Part shown: positions 18,356-26,893 of the stretch, piece after piece
Numbering within the stretch: position 1 is the stretch's first letter
Layout: every line of letters starts with the position of its first letter
From: an uncultured Verrucomicrobiota bacterium
GTDB taxonomy: Bacteria; Verrucomicrobiota; Verrucomicrobiia; Palsa-1439
Direction of reading: 5' to 3'
Length of the DNA: 64,000 nt
Assembly: GCA_964541945.1 (NCBI GenBank)
Contig: CAZISE010000018.1
Span: forward strand, 5,260 to 69,259
The notes under the pieces: model-generated
What the model was told of the DNA's origin: nothing
The model's input: only the letters and a program-made list of their open reading frames with translations
Databases searched by the model: none
Position numbers and translations under genes: made by a program

Positions 18356-18996
18356 AGCACCTTTCGTAATAATTTTTGTAAATGTTTTCGGGCATAGTGA
18401 AGTCTCGACATCACCGTGCCCATCGAGCATCCGACCGCCTTGGCAATCGCCGCATAATCTAACCCTTCAAATTCTCGAAGTTGCACCACCACACGGTGCT
18501 CCGGCGAAAGCCGTTCCAGCGCTGCCTCGATCAACTCGCGTAGTTCCCGCCGCCGTACTTCGTCGGTTGGCAGCGGCTGGCTGGAGGGCGGCACCTCGAC
18601 GTCCACATCGGCGTCCGGGTCCACCGCCTCTTGAAACTCCACCGTCGGACGGCGTTCACGACGACGAACGTGGTCAATGCAAAGGTTGGTGGTAATACGA
18701 TACAGCCACGTGTAAAACGAGGCGTTCTTCTTGAAACCCCGTATCGCCTGCCAACCCTTCACGAATGTTTCTTGACAAAGATCCGTTGCATCCTGCTCAT
18801 TTCTCACCATGCTGAGCGCCAGAGCATACACACGGTTTCGATATCGGGAAACGAGCTCGCCGTAGGCTTCCAACTTCCCCCGCTGGCATCGCTCGACCAG
18901 CTCCCGATCACTCAGCTCCGTGAGAACTTCTTGGTCCACCCGCTTCGACGCAGGGCGCGTCTCTTTATTCAACCCCGCTGTGCGCCGTGCGACCAT
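18352..18996 (-). CDS. ECF-type RNA polymerase sigma-70 factor
   Basis: Start MVARRTAGL (ATG 18996..18994). Region 2 (YALALSMVRNEQDATDLCQETFVKGWQ) and region 4 HTH (GLDYAAIAKAVGCSMGTVMSRLHYARKHL). The 136-aa Gly/Asp-rich N-terminal ORF extension overlaps rtcB and was rejected. Confidence 0.85.
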   Translation of the reverse strand: MVARRTAGLNKETRPASKRVDQEVLTELSDRELVERCQRGKLEAYGELVSRYRNRVYALALSMVRNEQDATDLCQETFVKGWQAIRGFKKNASFYTWLYRITTNLCIDHVRRRERRPTVEFQEAVDPDADVDVEVPPSSQPLPTDEVRRRELRELIEAALERLSPEHRVVVQLREFEGLDYAAIAKAVGCSMGTVMSRLHYARKHLQKLLRKVL

Positions 18997-20429
18997 CAGC
19001 CTTTGATCACTCCAAGAGGTCGCAATCGCGCCACCTTCCGCGCAATCCCAGCTTGGTGGCAAACCTCCACCACATCCGACACATCCTTGTAGGCCCACGG
19101 CGCCTCTTCCAACGCTGTCCCCTTCCCGTGTGCCATCATTATCACTCCCGCCTCTTCCATCGTCCGACGCAGATCTGCCATCGAACCGTGTTTCATCGCT
19201 GCCGCACGGCTCATCATCCGCCCTGCGCCGTGGCAAACCGTTCCCCACGTCTGTTCCATCGCCGTCTGCGTGCCGACCAGCACAAACGAACACCGCCCCA
19301 TGTCGCCCGGCACCAACACCGGCTGGCCAATCCCGCGATACCGCGCCGGCAACGACTCGTGCCCCGGCGCAAACGCCCGCGTTGCTCCTTTGCGATGCAC
19401 ACAAAGCGTTCTGCCCTCGTGCCGCTCCAACTTCGCAATGTTGTGCGGCACGTCGTAAATCAATTCCATCCCCAATTCCCGCGGTGAAATCCGCAGCGCA
19501 TGCTCAAACGCCCGCTCCGCCTTCGCCATCAACACCTGCCGGTTCGCAAACGCATAGTTCGCCGCGCACCGCATCGCGGACAGATACTCGCGTCCTTCTG
19601 GCGAGTCCACCGGCGCGCACACCAACTGACGGTCAGGAAGGCTGATTCCATACTTCTGCGGTGTGTTCCGCATCATCTTCAAATAATCATCGCAAACCTG
19701 GTAGCCAAACCCGCGCGAGCCACAGTGGATCATCACTGTAATGCCACCTTTTGTCAGCCCCATCACTTCGGCCGCCAATTCATCGAACACCTCGTCCACC
19801 ACCTGCACTTCCAGAAAATGATTGCCACTGCCCACCGACCCCACCTGCCCCGCCCCTCGCTCCAGCGCCCGACTCGTAATCCCCGTCAACTCTGCCCCTT
19901 CCAAGCAACCGCGTTCCTCGATGAAATCGAGGTCTTCCGGTTTGCCGAACCCCCGTTTCACCGCCCACGCTGCCCCCTCCCGGATACACGCCTTCTCATC
20001 GGCAAACGACAAGTCCAAATCGCTCCCCTTCCCCAACCCGCACGGCACATCGCGAAACAACTGTGCCACCAGTTCTTTGACTCGCGGCACCACATCGGCC
20101 TGACGCAGATTCGTGCGCATCAGTCGTACCCCGCAATTGATGTCGTACCCAACGCCGCCCGGCGAAATCACGCCTCCGTCGGCAGGATCCGTGGCCGCGC
20201 AACCGCCGATGGGAAATCCATAACCCCAATGAATGTCCGGCATCGCCAATGAATATTTCTGGATACCCGGCAAAAACGCCACGTTCGCCACCTGCTCCAG
20301 CGCATTCTCGTCCACCGCATGACGCAACATCTCCTCCGTGGCGTAAATCCGACCCGGCACCCGCATCCCGCTTTTGTATGTCACGGGCACCTCCCACAAC
20401 CAGTCATGGATTTTTTGAAGCTCTCTCAC
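18996..20429 (-). CDS. rtcB: RNA-splicing ligase RtcB
   Basis: Full-length RtcB hallmarks: DIHWGYGFPIGG, GYDINCGVR, GSGNHFLEVQ, HCGSRGFG, GTVCHGAGR, APWAYKD. Confidence 0.95.
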   Translation of the reverse strand: MRELQKIHDWLWEVPVTYKSGMRVPGRIYATEEMLRHAVDENALEQVANVAFLPGIQKYSLAMPDIHWGYGFPIGGCAATDPADGGVISPGGVGYDINCGVRLMRTNLRQADVVPRVKELVAQLFRDVPCGLGKGSDLDLSFADEKACIREGAAWAVKRGFGKPEDLDFIEERGCLEGAELTGITSRALERGAGQVGSVGSGNHFLEVQVVDEVFDELAAEVMGLTKGGITVMIHCGSRGFGYQVCDDYLKMMRNTPQKYGISLPDRQLVCAPVDSPEGREYLSAMRCAANYAFANRQVLMAKAERAFEHALRISPRELGMELIYDVPHNIAKLERHEGRTLCVHRKGATRAFAPGHESLPARYRGIGQPVLVPGDMGRCSFVLVGTQTAMEQTWGTVCHGAGRMMSRAAAMKHGSMADLRRTMEEAGVIMMAHGKGTALEEAPWAYKDVSDVVEVCHQAGIARKVARLRPLGVIKG

Positions 20430-20506
20430 GCCAGCAGTCTAGCGGGCGAAAGGGTCGGGCGCAAGACACAGTGTGTCTATCCCTTCATGGACTCAACAAC
20501 CAGCCT

Positions 20507-23500
20507 CTACAACAGCGCCTCGCTACACACAATCCTTGGGACAGGATGCTCTTTGTCGGAAGCCCTCCGCCGATCCACCCAGTCGCGGAGGTTGTGCTGA
20601 TCGTAGAGCTTGGCGAGGGACTTGAGCAACGGCTGGCCGGTAACGCCGTTGCGGCGCAATAGATTCAATTCCTTGTTCACGGCACGGGTGACCGGACCAC
20701 GAAACGCTTTTTCGAGGACATTGATCATGGCCTTCTGATCTTCATCATCGGTCGCGGCGAACAGGACGCGCAGTTCGCGCAGGACATAGTTCTGGCCGTG
20801 GCTCAGCGACAATGTGTGCTGACGCTCAGCTTGCCGGTGTTTGACTTCCTCGGCGAAGATCCGTTGCGCGCGCATCACGGCGGCGTTGTAATCTTTCGGC
20901 AGCGGCAGGGCTTTGGTTTCCGGGACGCACTTGATGAGGCCGAGAATCTTCGGGATATCCTTCGAGACAACGTTGCCGGCTTCATCCAGCAGGAACAATT
21001 GCTGGTAGCCTTTTTGGTCCGGCTGGTTCGGGTAGGTGGCTTCGCAGAAAACGAACTGGCCTTTGTGTGTGGACAACTTGCCGGTGCGGATACCGTCGCG
21101 CAGGTCGGCGATGCGCTCGTATTCGGCGGGGTTCTCTTTGCGAAGTTGCCGGAGAATTTCCTCGGCTTCGTTGAGGTCGAGGAACTCCTCTTCCGTCTCG
21201 TCCTCGAACAGGCTCAACTGGCCGCCGTTTTTCTTCTCGTAGATGGCGTACATCGCGTCTTCGTTGAGCCGCTCGGTGCGGTCAAGTATCTCGGAATCCT
21301 CGCCGATGGTGTCGTGGATTTCCTGAATCCGGTTGTGGAGTTTCTGCTGGAGATTGAGGTTTTTCTCGATGCCGGTTTCCGGGAGGAAGTTGAAGCCATA
21401 GACGACATCGTGATCGCTGCCGATGCGGTCAATGCGGCCAAACCGCTGGATGAGCCTTACCGGATTCCAGTGCAGGTCGTAGTTGATGATATTGTCGCAA
21501 TCCTGCAGGTTCAAGCCTTCGGCTAGCACATCCGTCGCCACCACCGTCATCAACTCCGCTTCGCCGGCCGGGCGTTGATACTGCGGATTGGCTTTCGGCG
21601 CAAACCGGCCAACGACGCGCATCTTGCTTTTGTCGCCGCTGAAGATCACGTCAATGTCGTCGCGTTTGCCACCGGGATTGAGGTTCTCGTACAAATACCG
21701 GGCGGTGTCGGCGTATTGCGTGAAAATCAATCGCTTGCGGTCTTTGAGGGGCGGTTTGCTCAGATATTCCTTCAACTTCTGCAACTTCGCATCCTGTTCA
21801 GGCGTGATCGGCTCAACCAGTTGCAGGATCTTCTTCAGCAGTTTCACGTCATGCGCGATGGCAGCCTTTAGCTTCGGCAAGTCGAAATCGGCAATGTCGT
21901 ACCGGCCCGATACCTTCCGCAGTGCGTCCATCAAATCCTGTTCTTCGTCCTGGTTCGGCTCGTATAGGATCGCCTGCGCATCCTCGCCGGCCGGGACAAC
22001 CCCTTCGTCCAATGCTTTCAGGAATCGTTCGTGAACGACGAGCAGACGGCGGACGGTTTCCTTGAAGGCGAACACCGATGACTCAAACCGTTTGAACAGC
22101 AGAATGCGAATCAGCCCACGCAATGTCGCCCCCGCCCGTTGCAGGCTCGCGTACGGCTCGTGCTTTTGTTTCTCGGCAGGGACGTAGTTGTAAAGACCGT
22201 ACCGGGCATACGTAAGCTCTTCACCGGTTGGCTCGATGACCCGGCGGCGAAACCTACCGGGTTTTCCGAGGTAGCCGCGCAACTGCTGATACAGGCCCCG
22301 GTAGGTGTCCTCGATGCTGTATTCGATGGTCTCCAGCTCGCGTTTCGGGAAGAACTGATGCTTGCCGCCGACGATGACATAGGCGCGTTTCTTCCCGTCG
22401 AGGTAGTCCCGAAACCGCGACGGATCAATCGGTTGATTTGTCTCCGAATCAAACCCGTACCAGCGCAGGATGTGGTTGCGGGTGCGCCGAATCAGGATGT
22501 TTGCCAGCAAGTCCGGCAGCTTGCGCTCGCCCTTTTCGATCAGCTTGAAATAGTCCTTCAAATTCGGCGGATCCACCGGCAGGTCGGTCTTGTCGTCCTG
22601 ATGGAACAGTTTGATCTGGTGATAGACATCCCACGCGCTTTTGTTGCGCGGCGTGGCCGTCAGAAAACAGCACCGACGGCCCGTGCTCAGGAACGCCTCC
22701 ATCACCTTGTATCGCTGCGTGTCGGGATGCCGGAGATTATGGCTCTCGTCAATCAGCACAAAATCCCGGTCTTTGTAGAGCACATCCTCCAGCAGGCGGT
22801 TGACCGCCCCGGTGTCGTCCTCGCGCAACATGTCCATCGAAAGCACGCGAGCGTTGAGTTGATAGACCTCGTTGTATCGCTCCCACATCTCCGTCAACGG
22901 CGCCGGGCACACAATTAGCGACCGGGCATGATCTGTCCGCTCGAAATGTTTCACGATGGCCGCGCCGATGTAGCTCTTGCCCAACCCGACCACATCCGCC
23001 ACAAACGCCCCGCCGAAATCGCGGATCATCTGTACCGCCTGACGGACCGCCACCTTCTGGAAATCGGCCAGTCGCTTGGTGATCTCGTCGTCCCACAGAA
23101 TGTCTTTGTCGTCCTCGCCTTCGAGCCGGTCGCGCACCAGCGTGTAGAGCGTCTTCATGTACACGTCGTACGGGCGCACCGGCGCGACCGCCCACGACTG
23201 CTTCATCTCCTGCATCAACGCTTCGTCAAAATCCTGCGCTTCCTTCCAAAGCTCATCGAACCACTTCACCAACTCGGTGTGATTGTCGTTGCCCTGCACC
23301 AGCACGTTCAACTCGGTGTTGTGCGTTACGCCCGACAACGTAAGATTCGACGACCCGACAATAGCGATACCCTTCTCGTGCCGCTCGACCGGCTTACCGT
23401 CGCTGCCATAGACCTTGCCGTAATCGAAGATGTACGCCTTCGCGTGCAACCGGCCCTTCGTATAGACCTTCACCTTGAGCCGTTTCTGCTCGATCATCCG

Positions 23501-23875
23501 CACCAACGTTGTCACCACCGCCTGCGCCTCATCGGTCTGATCCATCAACTCGATGGCCGACCGGATGTTCTGGGCCGTTTCCCGCTGCATCTGTTTCTCG
23601 GCGTGACGTTTCGGATACGCCTCCGCCTCGCGCGCTTCCGCGACCAACTCCAACCGCCGGTACCCCTCCGCAATTTGCTCCAACGTCTCGCGGTTCGTCG
23701 TGTTGCCAATGAGCAACCGCAACTCCTTCAGCCCGGCCAGCCGCGACGCGATGCTCTCCAGCCCCGACAGAAAGAAATACCCCACCGCAAACCGCGCCGC
23801 TTCCGTGGACGACAGAATCCGGTTGATGTGATCCACCAGCTTCTCCTTGCGATTGTCGATTATGTCGTGCGCCAT
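20507..23875 (-). CDS. fused PLD-family nuclease (N-terminal single HKD) / SNF2-family SF2 helicase
   Basis: N-terminal HAKAYIFD...GSSNLT is the PLD HxK(x)4D(x)6GSxN motif. Motif I GLGKSYIGAAIV. Motif II VLIDESHNLR. Helicase-C domain ATDVLAEGLNLQDCDNIINYDLHWNPVRLIQRFGRIDRIG. Confidence 0.85.
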   Translation of the reverse strand: MAHDIIDNRKEKLVDHINRILSSTEAARFAVGYFFLSGLESIASRLAGLKELRLLIGNTTNRETLEQIAEGYRRLELVAEAREAEAYPKRHAEKQMQRETAQNIRSAIELMDQTDEAQAVVTTLVRMIEQKRLKVKVYTKGRLHAKAYIFDYGKVYGSDGKPVERHEKGIAIVGSSNLTLSGVTHNTELNVLVQGNDNHTELVKWFDELWKEAQDFDEALMQEMKQSWAVAPVRPYDVYMKTLYTLVRDRLEGEDDKDILWDDEITKRLADFQKVAVRQAVQMIRDFGGAFVADVVGLGKSYIGAAIVKHFERTDHARSLIVCPAPLTEMWERYNEVYQLNARVLSMDMLREDDTGAVNRLLEDVLYKDRDFVLIDESHNLRHPDTQRYKVMEAFLSTGRRCCFLTATPRNKSAWDVYHQIKLFHQDDKTDLPVDPPNLKDYFKLIEKGERKLPDLLANILIRRTRNHILRWYGFDSETNQPIDPSRFRDYLDGKKRAYVIVGGKHQFFPKRELETIEYSIEDTYRGLYQQLRGYLGKPGRFRRRVIEPTGEELTYARYGLYNYVPAEKQKHEPYASLQRAGATLRGLIRILLFKRFESSVFAFKETVRRLLVVHERFLKALDEGVVPAGEDAQAILYEPNQDEEQDLMDALRKVSGRYDIADFDLPKLKAAIAHDVKLLKKILQLVEPITPEQDAKLQKLKEYLSKPPLKDRKRLIFTQYADTARYLYENLNPGGKRDDIDVIFSGDKSKMRVVGRFAPKANPQYQRPAGEAELMTVVATDVLAEGLNLQDCDNIINYDLHWNPVRLIQRFGRIDRIGSDHDVVYGFNFLPETGIEKNLNLQQKLHNRIQEIHDTIGEDSEILDRTERLNEDAMYAIYEKKNGGQLSLFEDETEEEFLDLNEAEEILRQLRKENPAEYERIADLRDGIRTGKLSTHKGQFVFCEATYPNQPDQKGYQQLFLLDEAGNVVSKDIPKILGLIKCVPETKALPLPKDYNAAVMRAQRIFAEEVKHRQAERQHTLSLSHGQNYVLRELRVLFAATDDEDQKAMINVLEKAFRGPVTRAVNKELNLLRRNGVTGQPLLKSLAKLYDQHNLRDWVDRRRASDKEHPVPRIVCSEALL

Positions 23876-23881
23876 GTTGCC

Positions 23882-25033
23882 TCACGGAAACAATCCGTTC
23901 CTCCCATCCATGATTGCCGCCAGTGGGACGGCTTCCACCCGGTCGTGCATGGTGTACCGTTGCGAGCCGGGATAGATCACGGCGATTCGTTCCAGCGTCA
24001 AATCTTCCAAAGCAATTCGCATCGAAGGGGTCATCTTGGGCGCATCTACTCGCTTGCACTCCACGCCATACAACCGACCTTCTTTCTGCAACACCAGATC
24101 AATCTCCGCCCCTTGATGCGTCGCCCAAAAATAGGCCGCGTCCGGCGCGACCGCCTTTAACGTCTCCTCCACCACATAACCTTCCCACGACGCGCCGCAC
24201 TTCGGATGCCGCTCCAACTCCCCCGCGTCGCGGATGCCCAACAGGTGATGCAGCAACCCGGTATCGCGGAAATACACCTTGGGCGACTTCACCTGCCGTT
24301 TCTTCAAATTCGCATGCCAAGCCGGCAACTGCCGGACCATGAATAGGTCGTTGAGTAAATCCAAGTAACGCCGCGCCGTCGTCTCGCCAATGCCCAGCGA
24401 GCGGGCCGGTTCCGCCGCATTCCAAATCTGGCCGTGATAATGCGCCACCATGCTCCAGAACCGGTGCAACGTCAGCGCCGGTGCCGCAAACCCCAGTTGC
24501 GGCACATCACGCTCCAGAAACGTCATCACAAACTCCTGCCGCCACCGAAACGATGCCGCTTCATCCGCCGCCAAGAACGACAGTGGAAATCCGCCCCGCA
24601 ACCAATGCCGCTCCTGCGCCGGCAACCCGACTTCTTGCAAGCTAAACCCGCCCATCAAGACCCGTTCGATTCGCCCCGCGAGTGATTCCGACGACTGTCG
24701 CAACAGCGCTGGTGATGCGCTGCCAAGAATCAAAAACCGGGCTGGCAAGGGTTCACGGTCGGCCAGCACCCGCAACACCGGAAACAGTTCCGGTCGCCGT
24801 TGCACCTCATCAATCACCACGATATCCCGCAGATTTCCCAGCGCCGACATCGGCTCGTCCAAGCGCGCAATATGACGCGGGTCTTCCAAGTCGAAATAAT
24901 TGGCTAACTCGGCCGGTACAATCTGGCGGGCCAAGGTCGTCTTCCCGCACTGACGCGGCCCAAGCAGCACCACTATCCGGCTCCGTTTCAGAGCCGCCCG
25001 TACCTGCTCCAACAATTGCGTGCGAGGAATCAC
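23882..25033 (-). CDS. AAA-family ATPase with DUF4143 C-terminal domain
   Basis: Walker A VVLLGPRQCGKTTLA. Walker B IVVIDEVQ. C-terminal DUF4143-like region (YFRDTGLLHHLLG...WEGYVVEE). GTG start at 25033. Confidence 0.8.
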   Translation of the reverse strand: MIPRTQLLEQVRAALKRSRIVVLLGPRQCGKTTLARQIVPAELANYFDLEDPRHIARLDEPMSALGNLRDIVVIDEVQRRPELFPVLRVLADREPLPARFLILGSASPALLRQSSESLAGRIERVLMGGFSLQEVGLPAQERHWLRGGFPLSFLAADEAASFRWRQEFVMTFLERDVPQLGFAAPALTLHRFWSMVAHYHGQIWNAAEPARSLGIGETTARRYLDLLNDLFMVRQLPAWHANLKKRQVKSPKVYFRDTGLLHHLLGIRDAGELERHPKCGASWEGYVVEETLKAVAPDAAYFWATHQGAEIDLVLQKEGRLYGVECKRVDAPKMTPSMRIALEDLTLERIAVIYPGSQRYTMHDRVEAVPLAAIMDGRNGLFP

Positions 25034-25044
25034 GGGGAGAGCCT

Positions 25045-25074
25045 ACCATGAAAATCCGCCACAGCAAGGCGGAT
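25045..25074. terminator. perfect 10-bp inverted repeat with 7-nt loop (AAAATCCGCC-acagcaa-GGCGGATTTT), terminator-like in both orientations
   Basis: Seen directly in the sequence. Lies between the last methyltransferase-tail relic and the ATPase GTG start, inside a locally low-GC 220-bp spacer. Confidence 0.4.
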
Positions 25075-25252
25075 TTTCAGCCTCATGTTGCAACCTATTG
25101 CGGGAACGCATCCTACCATGCCACCTGCAGCCAAAAATTCCGCATTCACAGGTTATCCTTTGGATTTTTCATGGTAGCTTCGCATCTGCGTTCTTCACCT
25201 TCAGCCCTCAGTTTTTAGCCTTTCCCTTCCGCCATCTTGATTTCCTCCGGCG

Positions 25253-25516
25253 TCAGGCCGTAGAAGCGATAACCGAGCTGTGCGAGATGCCGTCGTGTGT
25301 GTGGCAAACGTGCTGGTCTATCTCACGCTCCGGCGCCGACGTGTTTACCGCCGGATCAGGACGCTTCGAGACAAGATCATGAACCATATTTCTTGACCGT
25401 TTTTTCGCGGACGACGGTTGCCGATTCGGCAATGGCATAGTCCATGGCACGAGGATTTTCCATCCGTTCGGAGGCGTCCAGGATTTCCATGCCGACGAGA
25501 TTGCCGTCTTTGTCAT
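25253..25516 (-). pseudogene. degenerate relic of a methyltransferase C-terminal tail (frameshifted copy of the ...ALEREIDGxVYALYGLTPEEIKIVEE motif)
   Basis: ORF contains RPDPAVNTSAPEREIDQHV, homologous to ANPAADTSALEREIDGLV of the other two copies. The rest of the motif (YGLTPEEIK) is present in the +1 frame. Confidence 0.45.
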
Positions 25517-25877
25517 AGTCGAGGATGACGCCCGGCTTGTCCTCGTCGCTTTCCTCGATTGGGGTGTTGCGGAACAGAATCCGCAGCACGTCCACTTCGG
25601 GGTCGTAGATTACTTTCATGGTTGTCTCCAATACTTGCTGATCTGGCTGGTCCGATATACGGTTGACCACCACCGCTGGCTCGACCGTATCATCCACAAT
25701 CGCCCGCACCAGCATGATTCTACCACCACCCACATCCACTTGCGACTGGTAAGCTTTCTTGGGCGGTCGTTCGGGCACAATCTGCTGGGGCTGCCGCAAC
25801 ACCTCGTCCACCACGTCGCGCGGGATGCGGCGCAACACCAATTCTGATTCGGCATGGCTGGAGTACCGGAATGTCAT
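25377..25877 (-). CDS. DUF4258-like / DUF2283-like toxin-antitoxin-type protein, the two domains fused in one reading frame
   Basis: N-terminal half (ESELVLRRIPRDVVDEVLRQPQQI) matches DUF4258. C-terminal half starting MKVIYDPEVDVLRILF...DYDKDGNLVGMEILDAS matches DUF2283. No stop codon between them. Lower GC than surrounding DNA. Confidence 0.55.
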   Translation of the reverse strand: MTFRYSSHAESELVLRRIPRDVVDEVLRQPQQIVPERPPKKAYQSQVDVGGGRIMLVRAIVDDTVEPAVVVNRISDQPDQQVLETTMKVIYDPEVDVLRILFRNTPIEESDEDKPGVILDYDKDGNLVGMEILDASERMENPRAMDYAIAESATVVREKTVKKYGS

Positions 25878-26143
25878 TTTCCCGCCCCTTCCTCCACAAT
25901 TTTGATTTCCTCCGGCGTCAGGCCGTAGAGGGCGTACACCATCCCGTCTATCTCCCGCTCCAACTTGGTCGCGCCGATGGCGATGCGGTCGTGACTGGCC
26001 TGGCTCAACAGGCTGTAGCAGATGTCTTGAACGAGCGGCGTGTTCATGATCTCGGTTGCACTCGGATTATCGGTGGCATGGTCTATTCGCTCATTTAGGC
26101 GGCAGATCATCTTTCGGGTTAAATGGAACTCCCCATCCCCCAA
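25874..26143 (-). pseudogene. relic 3' end of a gamma-class N6-adenine methyltransferase / type IIG gene (C-terminal tail only)
   Basis: 89-aa ORF ending ...IGATKLEREIDGMVYALYGLTPEEIKIVEEGAGK*. This is the conserved extreme C-terminal motif of PglX / type IIG enzymes. 65 bp are near-identical to the copy at 26786-26855. Confidence 0.5.
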
Positions 26144-26759
26144 GCGGTGAAGCGTAAAACTCGTCTTTTCGCCCGTTCGCGATCAACCACTTCACGAACT
26201 CTTTGCCCTTTTCAGTAATTCGCAACATCGGTGTAGCGTCTTTTGTAACCAACTCAATAAATCCTGTCCCATTCAGCTTCCGCAAGAACTCGTCACCCCG
26301 AAAGCCACCAGTAGCCCACCCCTTACCGCGTGTTCCATGTTGATACGTATGTCCAAACGGAACGTATGGAAATAGGGCATTCTTTTCCGCCATGAGAATC
26401 AGGTGTTGTTTGAAGGTGTTATCTATAATGTTGTCGATAAGTTGATACACTGCGGTGGTGTCTGTTGGATTGCTTGCAACTTTTGCTGCCTGCTGAACAA
26501 CAGGAGCCCCTTGGATGGCATCTACAAAATCCTTTGGTGAAATATTCCCGAAGTCCGATGGCGAGTAGAAGTGGTATGGCTTGTGCCAAAGGATGTAAAA
26601 AAATGCTGACGCAATGCCAATGGCGAACAGCATGACAAACACCGCGAGTGCGCCTTGAATCCATGAATCTGTCTTGGTGACAGCGTAACCCAAAACGGCT
26701 TCTGTAAAGGTCACGAATATCGAGATGATCCAAAGTGGGGATAACTTGCTGGGATGCAT
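26091..26759 (-). CDS. hypothetical membrane protein (2 N-terminal TM helices + soluble C-terminal domain), cassette gene
   Basis: ATG at 26759..26757 (MHPSKLSPLWIISIFVTF...), preceded by AGGTGA inside the preceding tail micro-ORF. About 45% GC versus >60% for flanking DNA. Confidence 0.45.
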   Translation of the reverse strand: MHPSKLSPLWIISIFVTFTEAVLGYAVTKTDSWIQGALAVFVMLFAIGIASAFFYILWHKPYHFYSPSDFGNISPKDFVDAIQGAPVVQQAAKVASNPTDTTAVYQLIDNIIDNTFKQHLILMAEKNALFPYVPFGHTYQHGTRGKGWATGGFRGDEFLRKLNGTGFIELVTKDATPMLRITEKGKEFVKWLIANGRKDEFYASPLGGWGVPFNPKDDLPPK

Positions 26760-26761
26760 AT

Positions 26762-26893
26762 TCACCTCTTCGCGCTTTCCTCGACGATTTTGATTTCCGC
26801 CGGCGTCAGGCCGTAGAGGGCGTACACCAACCCGTCTATCTCCCGCTCCAGCGCCGACGTGTCCGCCGCCGGGTTCGCCCGCTTCGCGCTCAT
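26762..26893 (-). pseudogene. 43-aa micro-ORF encoding only a methyltransferase C-terminal tail (MSAKRANPAADTSALEREIDGLVYALYGLTPAEIKIVEESAKR*)
   Basis: Read from the reverse complement of 26762-26893. Its ATG overlaps the stop of fragment 26890-27405 as ATGA. Third copy of the tail repeat. Confidence 0.45.

Larger units (their letters stand above)
25236..26855 (-). repeat. three direct copies of a ~35-70 bp repeat (core 25236-25270; 25900-25965; 26786-26855) encoding the ...EREIDGxVYALYGLTPEEIKIVEE methyltransferase tail
   Basis: Seen directly. Copies B and C are near-identical over ~65 bp (gattttgatttcc[t/g]ccggcgtcaggccgtagagggcgtacacca[t/a]cccgtctatctcccgctcca). Copy A is shorter and diverged. 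Each sits at the 3' junction of an inserted cassette. Confidence 0.6.

Noticed and set aside
18997-19404. 136-aa Gly/Asp-rich N-terminal extension of the ECF sigma ORF
   Set aside because: Overlaps the 3' end of rtcB in another frame. The sigma region-2 homology begins only after the internal ATG at 18996, which abuts the rtcB stop.
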